A stretch of 13,630 bases of DNA, from contig CBDURU010000095.1 of the NCBI GenBank assembly GCA_965369865.1, positions 1 to 13,630 of the forward strand, in the 5' to 3' direction. Below are positions 1 to 8,255 of this stretch, one piece after another (positions within the stretch are counted from its first letter, which is position 1; every line of letters begins with the position of its first letter). A program made the translations under genes and the position numbers. Origin of the DNA: an uncultured bacterium. Its GTDB lineage: Bacteria > JAJVIF01 > JAPKYR01. A model generated the notes under the pieces. It saw only the letters and a program-made list of their open reading frames with translations. It was not told the DNA's origin and did no database searches.

Positions 1-26
1 TCATTTCTCATTTTAATCATGATCAT
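1..26 (-). CDS. Possible 5' end of a third gene of the metal operon (truncated by window edge)
   Basis: In-frame ATGs at 26, 20 and 11 (MIMIKMRN...) with AGGT 6 nt upstream of the first, 15 bp after the permease stop; too short to verify. Confidence 0.25.
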
Positions 27-41
27 CCAGAAACCTGTAAA

Positions 42-1133
42 TTAATCCGCGGTGGCTGAAATCAGCTTCTCAAGCCACATGCTTCTTGCAATCATAAACA
101 GTAAAATCCCCGACGCTATTGTCGTTGTCCATACCCCGAAAAATTCACGTTCCCCGTCAAATACCTGCTCCTTGATATTTATCCCCGCCCCTCCGAAGAT
201 CAGATCGAGAATATACCCGCAGATGACTGCCGCGACGGCAATCGAACTAAGATAAATCACGAGCGAACGCTTTCCCATGGTCGATCCAACCACCGCCATC
301 GTGGCAGCGTTTGTCGCCGGTCCCGCAAGGAGAAAAATAAGTGCGGCCCCCGGTGACATGCCTTTTAAAATCAGCGCCGCGGCCAGGGGAGTGGATGACG
401 TGGCGCAAATATAAATCGGTATCCCCATTACCAGCATGACGATGTAGGAAATGAATCCCCCCCCAAGATATCTACTGAAAAAATCATCCGGAACCGCGTA
501 CGAGATAATTCCCGAAATGAATAACCCGATGAGGAGCCATTTACCGATATCCCCAAGCAGGTCGCCAAACGCATATTTGATACTGTTCCCGAATCTTTCT
601 TTCAATGGAAGGATTGAATTGTTTGCTACACTTTCTCCACCTGATGGGCAGCTATCGCACCCGCATGAAGGCTCAGGATCCTGTTGCCCCAGTCCGATTG
701 TATCCTCATCTTTATTGAAAATGTTTTCGAGAAATCCCGCGAATATCGCCGAAAAAAATGCCGCGATCGGACGATAGACAGCGAAAAGCGGACCGAGCAG
801 AGCATAAGTTATGGCTATCGAATCGACACCTGTCTCAGGAGTTGAAATTAAAAATGCCGTGGTAGCCCCGCGACTTGCCCCCTGCTTTCTTAAGCCGAGT
901 GCGAACGGCACCGTACCGCAGCAGCACATTGGAATTGGAATTCCGAACAGCGCCGCTTTCAATACGGATCCCGATCCATTCCCACCAAGCTGTTTTTTTA
1001 CGAGTGAGTCCGGGATGAATGTCTTGAGGATCGCGGCGGCCGAAAATCCAAATAAAATATAGACTGACGACTCATTGAGGATATGCCATGTCTCTTTGAA
1101 AATTCCAGCAATAAAAATTAATACCTGGTCCAT
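42..1133 (-). CDS. SO_0444-like / DUF318 (ArsP_1 superfamily) predicted heavy-metal efflux permease
   Basis: 363-aa multi-TM protein. Family motifs GIPIPMCCCGTVP, FLISTPETGVDS, PIYICATSSTP and GAALIFLLAGPATN; Cys-rich central loop CGCDSC; AAGGA SD 7 nt before ATG; directly downstream of an ArsR gene. Confidence 0.88.
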   Translation of the reverse strand: MDQVLIFIAGIFKETWHILNESSVYILFGFSAAAILKTFIPDSLVKKQLGGNGSGSVLKAALFGIPIPMCCCGTVPFALGLRKQGASRGATTAFLISTPETGVDSIAITYALLGPLFAVYRPIAAFFSAIFAGFLENIFNKDEDTIGLGQQDPEPSCGCDSCPSGGESVANNSILPLKERFGNSIKYAFGDLLGDIGKWLLIGLFISGIISYAVPDDFFSRYLGGGFISYIVMLVMGIPIYICATSSTPLAAALILKGMSPGAALIFLLAGPATNAATMAVVGSTMGKRSLVIYLSSIAVAAVICGYILDLIFGGAGINIKEQVFDGEREFFGVWTTTIASGILLFMIARSMWLEKLISATAD

Positions 1134-1179
1134 TAAAAAATCCTTATATAAATAAATTACCCTCTCTCAATCAAACTGG

Positions 1180-1566
1180 TTATCTCTCTTCCTTCACATG
1201 CTCGAGACCCTGGTCGATCAATTTCCGCACATGGTCGTCATCGAGCGAGTAATACGCCATCTTGCCGTCCTTGCGGTATTTCACCAGCCGCGACATCCTC
1301 AGGAACCTGAGCTGATGCGACACCGCCGATTGCGAAATTCCCGCTACCGCGGCGATATCGCATACGCACAGCTCTGAAATCGAAAGTGCCCGTAGGATTT
1401 TGATACGTGTGGAGTCGGAGAAAGCTTTGAAGAGGTCGGCTAATTCCAGCAGGGAAATATCATCCTCAAGTTTCCCGATAACCTTCTTAACCATACGTTT
1501 ATCGACAAGGTTAATCTCGCATAAGTCGTCGGGGATTACAGTTTTAACATCTGAACGTTTGCTCAT
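1180..1566 (-). CDS. ArsR/SmtB family metal-sensing transcriptional repressor (CadC/ZiaR/SmtB-like)
   Basis: LFKAFSDSTRIKIL, ELCVCDIA box, SQSAVSHQLRFLR HTH, and an alpha5 site D110-H112-H123-E126 with the same spacing as SmtB D104/H106/H117/E120. Confidence 0.95.
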   Translation of the reverse strand: MSKRSDVKTVIPDDLCEINLVDKRMVKKVIGKLEDDISLLELADLFKAFSDSTRIKILRALSISELCVCDIAAVAGISQSAVSHQLRFLRMSRLVKYRKDGKMAYYSLDDDHVRKLIDQGLEHVKEER

Positions 1567-1569
1567 ATG
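1548..1569. promoter_or_regulatory. SmtB/CzrA-type operator (imperfect inverted repeat) overlapping the repressor start codon
   Basis: CATCTGAACG-TT-TGCTCATATG, 7/10 symmetric positions, matching the TGAAC-N-TCA core of SmtB/CzrA boxes. Confidence 0.75.
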
Positions 1570-1573
1570 AGCG

Positions 1574-1601
1574 ATTATACAGGAATTCAGGGAAAAATCA
1601 A
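1574..1601 (-). promoter_or_regulatory. sigma70-type promoter of the ArsR-permease operon
   Basis: Minus strand TTGATT (1601-1596), 16 bp, then perfect TATAAT (1579-1574), 7 nt upstream of the ATG at 1566. Confidence 0.7.
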
Positions 1602-1715
1602 GACCGAAAGGGCAGGATGGAAATTTACGTTACGGAATCCTCTATAAATCTTTTGAACGAAGTCACTCCTTTAACAATCTTAAATACTGCAACCGTCACG
1701 TTTACGTTCGCGACG

Positions 1716-1743
1716 TGTTATAATTTCGAATCTGACCGGAGGG
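1716..1743 (+). promoter_or_regulatory. Extended -10 promoter and SD of the 1748 gene
   Basis: TG-T-TATAAT at 1716-1724; GGAGG at 1738-1742 before ATG 1748. Confidence 0.6.
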
Positions 1744-1747
1744 TCAT

Positions 1748-2596
1748 ATGAAAACACGATTTTTTAATAAAATGCTGCTTTTCGGCTTTGTTACTGTCTG
1801 CCTTGCAATTCCACAATCGGTCCACGCCAACATCCCGGACTGGACGACCGGGGAATTTTCAAACGCGTTCGACGAGGTCGCCCGTAACTACGGAGCGGTT
1901 GAATACGCCACTTACACTTTCATGGTCGAGTACGGCATTGCACCATCAAGTCTCGATGAACTCAGGGATACCGGGCACCTGAACGTACAAATGGTCAACC
2001 CGTACACGGACGGAGATGTGCTGTCCCTGACCAGTGACGACTATCCCGATGGAGATCTCGAAGGTAATATACTGGTGTCCAACAGGCAGAATGAAGGCCG
2101 GCAAGTGCATATTGAGGCGTGGTACCTTCGCCGGAATGCCGATGGAGTTATTCATATACGGTCCATGGTAAAACGAATCAGCCTTTACGAATCTGAAATC
2201 GACCGGCTTTATTTTTTCGATAACGATCTCCCCCGTGAAGAACAGTTTGTCGCGATTTACTGCAGGCAGGCGATCGACGCTTTCGAGAGTTTCGAACAGC
2301 GTAACGGACGCAGTGCGGAGGATTTCGAGGATTTGTACGAAAATGGCGATGTGAATGTCCGCTACATTAATCCGGTAACAGGTGAGCTTGCGGCGTCAAT
2401 CGGGGAACTTTCAGCCGGAGATTTCTATTACGAGAAAATCGGGGATGATGGATTTTATTTCATCGGATGGGGTAGGGAGCGTCCGGTATTTTTCGCCTGT
2501 ACCGATGAGGACGCTACTCTTGAATTCTACCTTGAGTGGCCGGAGCTGCTGATGGGAGAAGAGGAATCAGTTGAGGATGAAGATGGAATATTCTGA
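1748..2596 (+). CDS. Secreted hypothetical protein with two internal repeats resembling pilin/pseudopilin head domains
   Basis: 282 aa. Sec signal peptide (MKTRFFNKMLLFGFVTVCLAIPQSVHA|N), strong SD, internal repeat, acidic C-terminal tail. The CDS is well supported; the product call is tentative. Confidence 0.85.
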   Translation: MKTRFFNKMLLFGFVTVCLAIPQSVHANIPDWTTGEFSNAFDEVARNYGAVEYATYTFMVEYGIAPSSLDELRDTGHLNVQMVNPYTDGDVLSLTSDDYPDGDLEGNILVSNRQNEGRQVHIEAWYLRRNADGVIHIRSMVKRISLYESEIDRLYFFDNDLPREEQFVAIYCRQAIDAFESFEQRNGRSAEDFEDLYENGDVNVRYINPVTGELAASIGELSAGDFYYEKIGDDGFYFIGWGRERPVFFACTDEDATLEFYLEWPELLMGEEESVEDEDGIF

Positions 2597-3662
2597 ACAC
2601 ACAGCAGCAGTATATATCTTTCCAATAGTTCAATTTTTTTACTGGGGATCACAATTGCTCTTCGGAATACTGCTTGTGCTCTTATTAGTGAATCTCAAGA
2701 TAAAACGCTTCAATAATAGAATTATCATACGTGCATTATTTATTCTACCAATATTGTATTTTTTCTTAGCTCAAAATTTTCTTTCAATACCCAACCCAGA
2801 TTCCCTGATGTCTGAATATTATCACGATGGAACTTCCTCTGTTATACGGAATAACCTAAAGCAGGCTATACATAATTTCGAACAGTCTCAATCCTATCAG
2901 GAATTGAGTTACAAAATGCGCCACATATTGGTTTGGACATCGGATATATCAGAATCCGAATTTTACACCGGGTCATTTGAAGATAACATTAATGCTCTGG
3001 AACCAACTCTCAACACTTCAATTATTAATGAGATTGCAGTATCAAATGATAAGGCGACATCAATTAGCTACCTGTTTAAAGGAGATTATTTGGAATATGT
3101 ATTACTTGATACATTTCCCGATGGCAGTGTTTTTGTCTCGACCCGGGGTTCATGGAGAGGTAATTTTGACTGGTTGATTGAGGAAGGTGTCACAATATCC
3201 AACTATGACACGACAACATCCAAAGAGATTTCGTATTTTCAATACCAGTCTAATGATGCATTTAACGATTTACTGGAAGCAATTATTAATATGGAATCCG
3301 ATGCCCTGGCTCAAACAGATCCTTTAGATTGTGGTCCTTCAATGGAATATCTGAATGTGACCATGGATGGTGTTTCGTATCCAACATATCAATCGATGGA
3401 TTATGGTGAAGATGAAGATGATGGATGTCCTGGATATCACCTAGTTAATCGCGGAGAAAATAGTGCTTTTGGTGAAAATGTTCAAGAGGAGATTATTAAC
3501 ATTCTCATATTGACAATCGAGAACGGGGATAGGATAACTGCGGAGGAATTCCGTGATTTATCTGAATCAAAACACGAGGCAGTTGGTAACACATCTTTAA
3601 CAAACTACAGGTGGACTTATTATTTTTACCAACACATTAACGGAATGACATTTTTACATTAA
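2583..3662 (+). CDS. Hypothetical membrane-anchored protein, paralog A (two N-terminal TM helices plus soluble domain)
   Basis: Long ORF with clear similarity to the next ORF. Start chosen at ATG 2583 (GAGG 6 nt upstream, 14-nt overlap with the previous gene); the ORF track starts at TTG 2571. Confidence 0.82.
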   Translation: MEYSEHTAAVYIFPIVQFFYWGSQLLFGILLVLLLVNLKIKRFNNRIIIRALFILPILYFFLAQNFLSIPNPDSLMSEYYHDGTSSVIRNNLKQAIHNFEQSQSYQELSYKMRHILVWTSDISESEFYTGSFEDNINALEPTLNTSIINEIAVSNDKATSISYLFKGDYLEYVLLDTFPDGSVFVSTRGSWRGNFDWLIEEGVTISNYDTTTSKEISYFQYQSNDAFNDLLEAIINMESDALAQTDPLDCGPSMEYLNVTMDGVSYPTYQSMDYGEDEDDGCPGYHLVNRGENSAFGENVQEEIINILILTIENGDRITAEEFRDLSESKHEAVGNTSLTNYRWTYYFYQHINGMTFLH

Positions 3663-3809
3663 CAGATTGAATTTTTGAATTAATCTAACTAATAAATGGA
3701 GTTTATTATGACCAGAGCGGCTGGAAACTACACAGAAATACAATATAATTAATGCGGAAGCCTTGGTGATGTGTTGAAATCATGAATGATGGACTTTATA
3801 GGAGCGCAT

Positions 3810-4832
3810 ATGACATTTCTATACTTATATTTAATATACAAATTTGCCCTGTGGGTTGCTGGATTTCTGTTTATAGCGTACCTGGTTAACAAGAAGTTAA
3901 AGCGGTTCAATGATAAATTCTTTAAATGGACAATTTTCATCTGCATATTTTTATTTATAATGGTAGCAATTGCCGGCCCGTCATATGAACCACCGTGGCA
4001 CAGCAGGAACAAGAATTACGAAACTGGCGTAATACAGATCGTTCACAATAACAATAATATATATCTAGCATATGAAGGATTTCAACGTGCCCAAAGATTT
4101 GATGAACAGGCTCTGGAAGCGCAATGGTGCCTTCCATATATTGATCTCACAGAATACATTAGTTATTATACTGGATCAATTGAGGACAATATCAGGGCAT
4201 TAGAACCAACTCTCAATAATGAAAAGATAAATGAAATTGCAGAATCAGTCGACAGCGTAACATCGGTTAGTTATTTATATAAATTTATGGATTATGACAT
4301 ATTAGTAGTTGACACCTATGCTGATGGAACTGTTTTAATTTCCATGAACGCCGATTTTAATTGGAAAAATGACAGAGCTGGACTTTACTGGGAAAACAGG
4401 GGTGATCCTGTATATTATAAATACCTTTCCACCGATTTGTATCGCGATTTACTGGACGCATTAATCAATATTGAACCAGAACACCTGCCGGATTCCCAAA
4501 CCCTGGGCAGCAAAGAGTCGCTGGAATATATAAAATATACTCAACCCATGTTCGGCAAAAGCTCGCTGGAATATATAAATGTAACAATCGGAGGCGTTTC
4601 TTTTTCCGCACATGGATACAGAAAAATCGATGAAAATAGTATATTTGGTGATACTATTGAGGATGCAATTCTTGAAATTCTCGATCAGGCTGATGAAGAT
4701 GAAAACCAGATAAGCTATGAGGAATTCTGGGTTTCAATTGCACCAAAACATGAGGAAGTCGGTAATACTTCCTTAACATATTGCAACTGGCTCTATTATT
4801 ATTATGGATACAATCGGAAAAGCGCATTGTAG
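3810..4832 (+). CDS. Hypothetical membrane-anchored protein, paralog B
   Basis: Same architecture as paralog A with shared conserved blocks. AGGAG at 3800-3804 precedes ATG 3810 (alternative start 3786). Confidence 0.82.
   Translation: MTFLYLYLIYKFALWVAGFLFIAYLVNKKLKRFNDKFFKWTIFICIFLFIMVAIAGPSYEPPWHSRNKNYETGVIQIVHNNNNIYLAYEGFQRAQRFDEQALEAQWCLPYIDLTEYISYYTGSIEDNIRALEPTLNNEKINEIAESVDSVTSVSYLYKFMDYDILVVDTYADGTVLISMNADFNWKNDRAGLYWENRGDPVYYKYLSTDLYRDLLDALINIEPEHLPDSQTLGSKESLEYIKYTQPMFGKSSLEYINVTIGGVSFSAHGYRKIDENSIFGDTIEDAILEILDQADEDENQISYEEFWVSIAPKHEEVGNTSLTYCNWLYYYYGYNRKSAL
4518..4579 (+). repeat. 17-bp exact direct repeat, 45-bp period, inside paralog B
   Basis: TCGCTGGAATATATAAA at 4518-4534 and 4563-4579 (SLEYI twice). 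Confidence 0.9.
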
Positions 4833-4874
4833 TCAAACCACTTGACGAATACACAATTGTTCAGAGGTTGTATA

Positions 4875-7800
4875 ATGACAGTCACCAGCGAGAAGAAAGC
4901 AACCATGTTAAAAGACGAGATCATCGAAGAAGCCAGACCGTACAAGCCGGTAACCCCGGTCCGGATCGTCACCGCCGCAAGCCTTTTCGATGGCCACGAC
5001 GCAGCGATCAACGTAATGCGTCGAATTATCCAGGCGACAGGATGCGAGGTCATCCATCTCGGCCACAATCGCAGCGTCGTGGAAATCGTCGAGGCGGCAA
5101 TTGATGAGGACGTAAACGCGATCGCGATGTCCTGCTACCAGGGCGGCCACATGGAATCATTCAAATACATGTACGACCTCCTTCGCGAGCGCGGTGCCGG
5201 GCATATCAGGATCTACGGCGGCGGCGGCGGGGTAATTGTCCAAAGGGAACTCGATGAACTTCACAAATACGGAATAAATAGAATCTTCTCGCCCGATGAC
5301 GGACGCAGAATGGGTCTCCAGGGCATGATTAACATGCTTGTCGAGGAGTGCGACAAGAATATCTGGGACATGGACGACCGTTCAGTCGACACAGTAATCA
5401 ACAACATCGACACCGAACACTCTCTTGAAATCGCCCGGGCGATTACATATCTCGAACGCGCGAATGATGTGCCTGACGAAGCTCAGAAAATTCGCGCCTG
5501 TAGCGACGACAAACTTAAAAATTCGGATAAAGTCGTCCCGATACTTGGAGTCACAGGAACCGGTGGATCGGGAAAATCATCACTGACGGACGAGCTTGTC
5601 CGAAGGTACCTAGCCGACAATCCGGATTCAGAAATTGGAATTCTTTCAATCGATCCAACCCGCAAACGTACCGGGGGAGCGCTTCTCGGCGACCGTATCC
5701 GCATGAACTCAGCGGTCGGAGATCGTGTTTACATGCGCTCGCTGGCTACCCGTGAAAGCACTGTTGAAATTGCCGAATGTCTTCCGGATGCGATCAATGT
5801 GCTGAAGGCTGCCGGATTCGATTTCATAATTATCGAAACATCCGGAATCGGACAGGGTGACACGGCGATAGTTGAATTTGCCGATGTCTCAATCTATGTC
5901 ATGACCCCTGAGTACGGGGCTGCGAGCCAGCTCGAAAAAATCGACATGCTCGATTACGCCGACCTGATCGCAATGAATAAATTCGAGCATGCGGGCGGGA
6001 AGGACGCTCTCAGGGACGCAAGGAAGCAGTATCGCCGCAACCATAACCTTTTCCACGAACCCGGTGACGAGGACCTTCCGGTTATACCGACAATCGCGAG
6101 CCAGTTCAACGATCCCGGCGTCAACCTTCTTTACCTTAAAATTATCGATCTGTTCAGCAAAAAAATTAACACCGGCTGGGTATCTTCCATCGAACGCCCG
6201 ACTATGAACGACGTTGAAACGTCCAAGCGGACCGGGATCATTCCGCCGGAGAGAATTCAGTATCTTGCGGAGATCGCGAAAACTGTCCGCGATTACCATA
6301 CATGGGCGAAAGACCAGGCATCGGAAGCCGCGATGATGTGCCACGCTTACATGGCTCTGACCGCGCTGGGAGACGAAACCCCGTGCCGGGTCGCGGAATA
6401 TTCCGATGATGCTCCCGAACCTGCGACCGAAGCAATCCGCGAGCTGAGGGACCTCTACCATAAATCCCGCGAAGCTCTCGAACCGGTGTGTATCGACCTG
6501 ATGGCGGATGTGCCTGAGTTCTACGAGAAGTATTCGGGCGATGAGTTCTCTTATTCAGTCCGTGGTAAGGAAATCCGCCAGCCGTTTACATCCGAAACCC
6601 TTGCCGGTATGAAAATCCCCCGCGTGGTACTTCCAGCCTACTGGGGATGGGGACGGTATCTTTTCTGGCTCCTCACGGAAAATGTTCCAGGGGAATTCCC
6701 ATACACCTCCGGAGTGTTCCAGCTTAAAAGAGCGTGGGAGGATCCGAAACGCCAGTTCGCCGGAGAGGGTCCGCCGGAGAGAACAAACGAGAGGTTTCAT
6801 TATCTCTCGAAAGACGACGACGCCAAGCGTTTATCGACAGCGTTTGATTCACCAACCCTTTACGGCGGCGATCCGGATGAAACCCCGGACGTTTTCGGGA
6901 AAGTCGGCGAAGCGGGCGTGGCCATAGCAACGCTTGACGATGTGAAACGCCTTTACGACGGTTTCGATCTGTCATCGCCATCGACATCGGTATCGATGAC
7001 GATCAACGGTCCGGCGCCGATCATGCTCGCGATGTTTATGAACTCCGCGATCGACCAGCAGGTCGAGGTTTTCACGAAACGCGAGGGACGGGTGCCCACC
7101 GAAAAAGAGTACGAGGAAATCTGGGCAAAGACATTACAAACCGTGCGTGGTACGGTGCAGGCCGACATACTCAAGGAAGACCAGGCTCAAAACACGTGCA
7201 TTTTCTCAACTGAGTTCGCGCTGAAAATGATGGGCGATATCCAGGAATTTTTCATCAAGCATGATGTCAGGAATTACTACTCGGTTTCGATTTCCGGATA
7301 TCATATCGCCGAAGCCGGCGCCACCCCGATCACACAGACAGCCCTTACGCTCTCAAACGGATTCACCTATGTTGAATACTATCTCTCGCGCGGGATGAAA
7401 ATAGATGATTTCGCGCCGAACCTTTCATTTTTCTTCTCGAACGGTCTCGATGCTGAATACACGGTGATCGGGCGGGTCGCGAGACGTATCTGGGCGATCG
7501 CAATGAAAAACCTGTACGGTGGAAACGAGCGGTCGCAGAAACTTAAATACCACATCCAGACATCCGGTCGGAGCCTTCACGCGCAGGAAATCCAGTTCAA
7601 CGACATCCGCACTACACTCCAGGCGGTGCTCGCGTTATTCGATAACTGCCAGAGCCTGCATACGAACGCCTACGACGAGGCCATCACCACCCCGACCGAG
7701 GAATCCGTCCGGCGCGCGATGGCGGTGCAGTTGATTACATCGAGGGAATTCGGATGGTCGAAATGCGAAAACCCGACACAGGGATCGTTCTTCACGGAAT

Positions 7801-8255
7801 GGATGACCGATATCGTCGAGGAAGCAATTTTAAAAGAATTCGAGTCGATTTCCGAACGCGGTGGAGTACTCGGCGCGATGGAACGCGCGTACCAGCGCGG
7901 CAAAATCCAGGATGAAAGCCTGAAATATGAGCGCTTGAAACATACTGGCGAGTACCCGATTATCGGCGTAAACCAGTTTATCGACCCCTCAACGCTCGCG
8001 GACGATTACGTAATGAAAGAACCTGAGCTTCGCCGTGCGACATACGAAGAAAAGCAGCTCCACCTCGACCGCTGCATTAAATTCAATGCCGACCGTGCTG
8101 ACACCCAGCCCGAAGCATTGGCAAAATTAAAGAAAGTAGCCCTTCTGGGCGGGAACATTTTCGCGGAGCTTATGCACACGGTCCGCCACGCGAGCCTCGG
8201 CGTAATCGTAAACAAACTCTATGAGGTCGGCGGGCAATACAGACGGAATATGTAA
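4875..8255 (+). CDS. icmF: Fused isobutyryl-CoA mutase / MeaI GTPase chaperone (AdoCbl-dependent)
   Basis: N-terminal cobalamin domain ([13 protein letters not shown]), MeaB-type GTPase ([29 protein letters not shown]) and mutase barrel ([53 protein letters not shown]), ending GGQYRRNM. Start at ATG 4875 (AGAGGT SD); ATG 4905 is an alternative. Confidence 0.96.
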   Translation: MTVTSEKKATMLKDEIIEEARPYKPVTPVRIVTAASLFDGHDAAINVMRRIIQATGCEVIHLGHNRSVVEIVEAAIDEDVNAIAMSCYQGGHMESFKYMYDLLRERGAGHIRIYGGGGGVIVQRELDELHKYGINRIFSPDDGRRMGLQGMINMLVEECDKNIWDMDDRSVDTVINNIDTEHSLEIARAITYLERANDVPDEAQKIRACSDDKLKNSDKVVPILGVTGTGGSGKSSLTDELVRRYLADNPDSEIGILSIDPTRKRTGGALLGDRIRMNSAVGDRVYMRSLATRESTVEIAECLPDAINVLKAAGFDFIIIETSGIGQGDTAIVEFADVSIYVMTPEYGAASQLEKIDMLDYADLIAMNKFEHAGGKDALRDARKQYRRNHNLFHEPGDEDLPVIPTIASQFNDPGVNLLYLKIIDLFSKKINTGWVSSIERPTMNDVETSKRTGIIPPERIQYLAEIAKTVRDYHTWAKDQASEAAMMCHAYMALTALGDETPCRVAEYSDDAPEPATEAIRELRDLYHKSREALEPVCIDLMADVPEFYEKYSGDEFSYSVRGKEIRQPFTSETLAGMKIPRVVLPAYWGWGRYLFWLLTENVPGEFPYTSGVFQLKRAWEDPKRQFAGEGPPERTNERFHYLSKDDDAKRLSTAFDSPTLYGGDPDETPDVFGKVGEAGVAIATLDDVKRLYDGFDLSSPSTSVSMTINGPAPIMLAMFMNSAIDQQVEVFTKREGRVPTEKEYEEIWAKTLQTVRGTVQADILKEDQAQNTCIFSTEFALKMMGDIQEFFIKHDVRNYYSVSISGYHIAEAGATPITQTALTLSNGFTYVEYYLSRGMKIDDFAPNLSFFFSNGLDAEYTVIGRVARRIWAIAMKNLYGGNERSQKLKYHIQTSGRSLHAQEIQFNDIRTTLQAVLALFDNCQSLHTNAYDEAITTPTEESVRRAMAVQLITSREFGWSKCENPTQGSFFTEWMTDIVEEAILKEFESISERGGVLGAMERAYQRGKIQDESLKYERLKHTGEYPIIGVNQFIDPSTLADDYVMKEPELRRATYEEKQLHLDRCIKFNADRADTQPEALAKLKKVALLGGNIFAELMHTVRHASLGVIVNKLYEVGGQYRRNM

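Noticed and set aside
918..926. Selenocysteine recoding in the permease Cys motif
   Set aside because: All three codons are TGC; there is no in-frame TGA.
1624..1717. TTTACGTT direct repeat (1624, 1701) and CACGT/ACGTG inverted repeat as regulator sites
   Set aside because: Short, irregularly spaced and not assignable to any regulator; compatible with chance.
3683..3780. Integron attC site between the low-GC genes (ATCTAAC fits RYYYAAC)
   Set aside because: No complementary GTTRRRY box or L-box pairing, no second attC, no integrase.
3570..4810. Diversity-generating retroelement VR/TR pair in the similar paralog C-termini
   Set aside because: Mismatches are not adenine-specific, both copies are coding, and there is no reverse transcriptase in the window.
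4830..4875. Amber readthrough fusing paralog B to IcmF (same frame, a single TAG between them)
   Set aside because: Easily chance; IcmF has its own SD, the compartments are incompatible, and paralog A ends at the equivalent position.
5889..6461. 190-aa antisense ORF and other short ORFs within icmF
   Set aside because: Shadow ORFs of a conserved gene with no recognisable protein features.
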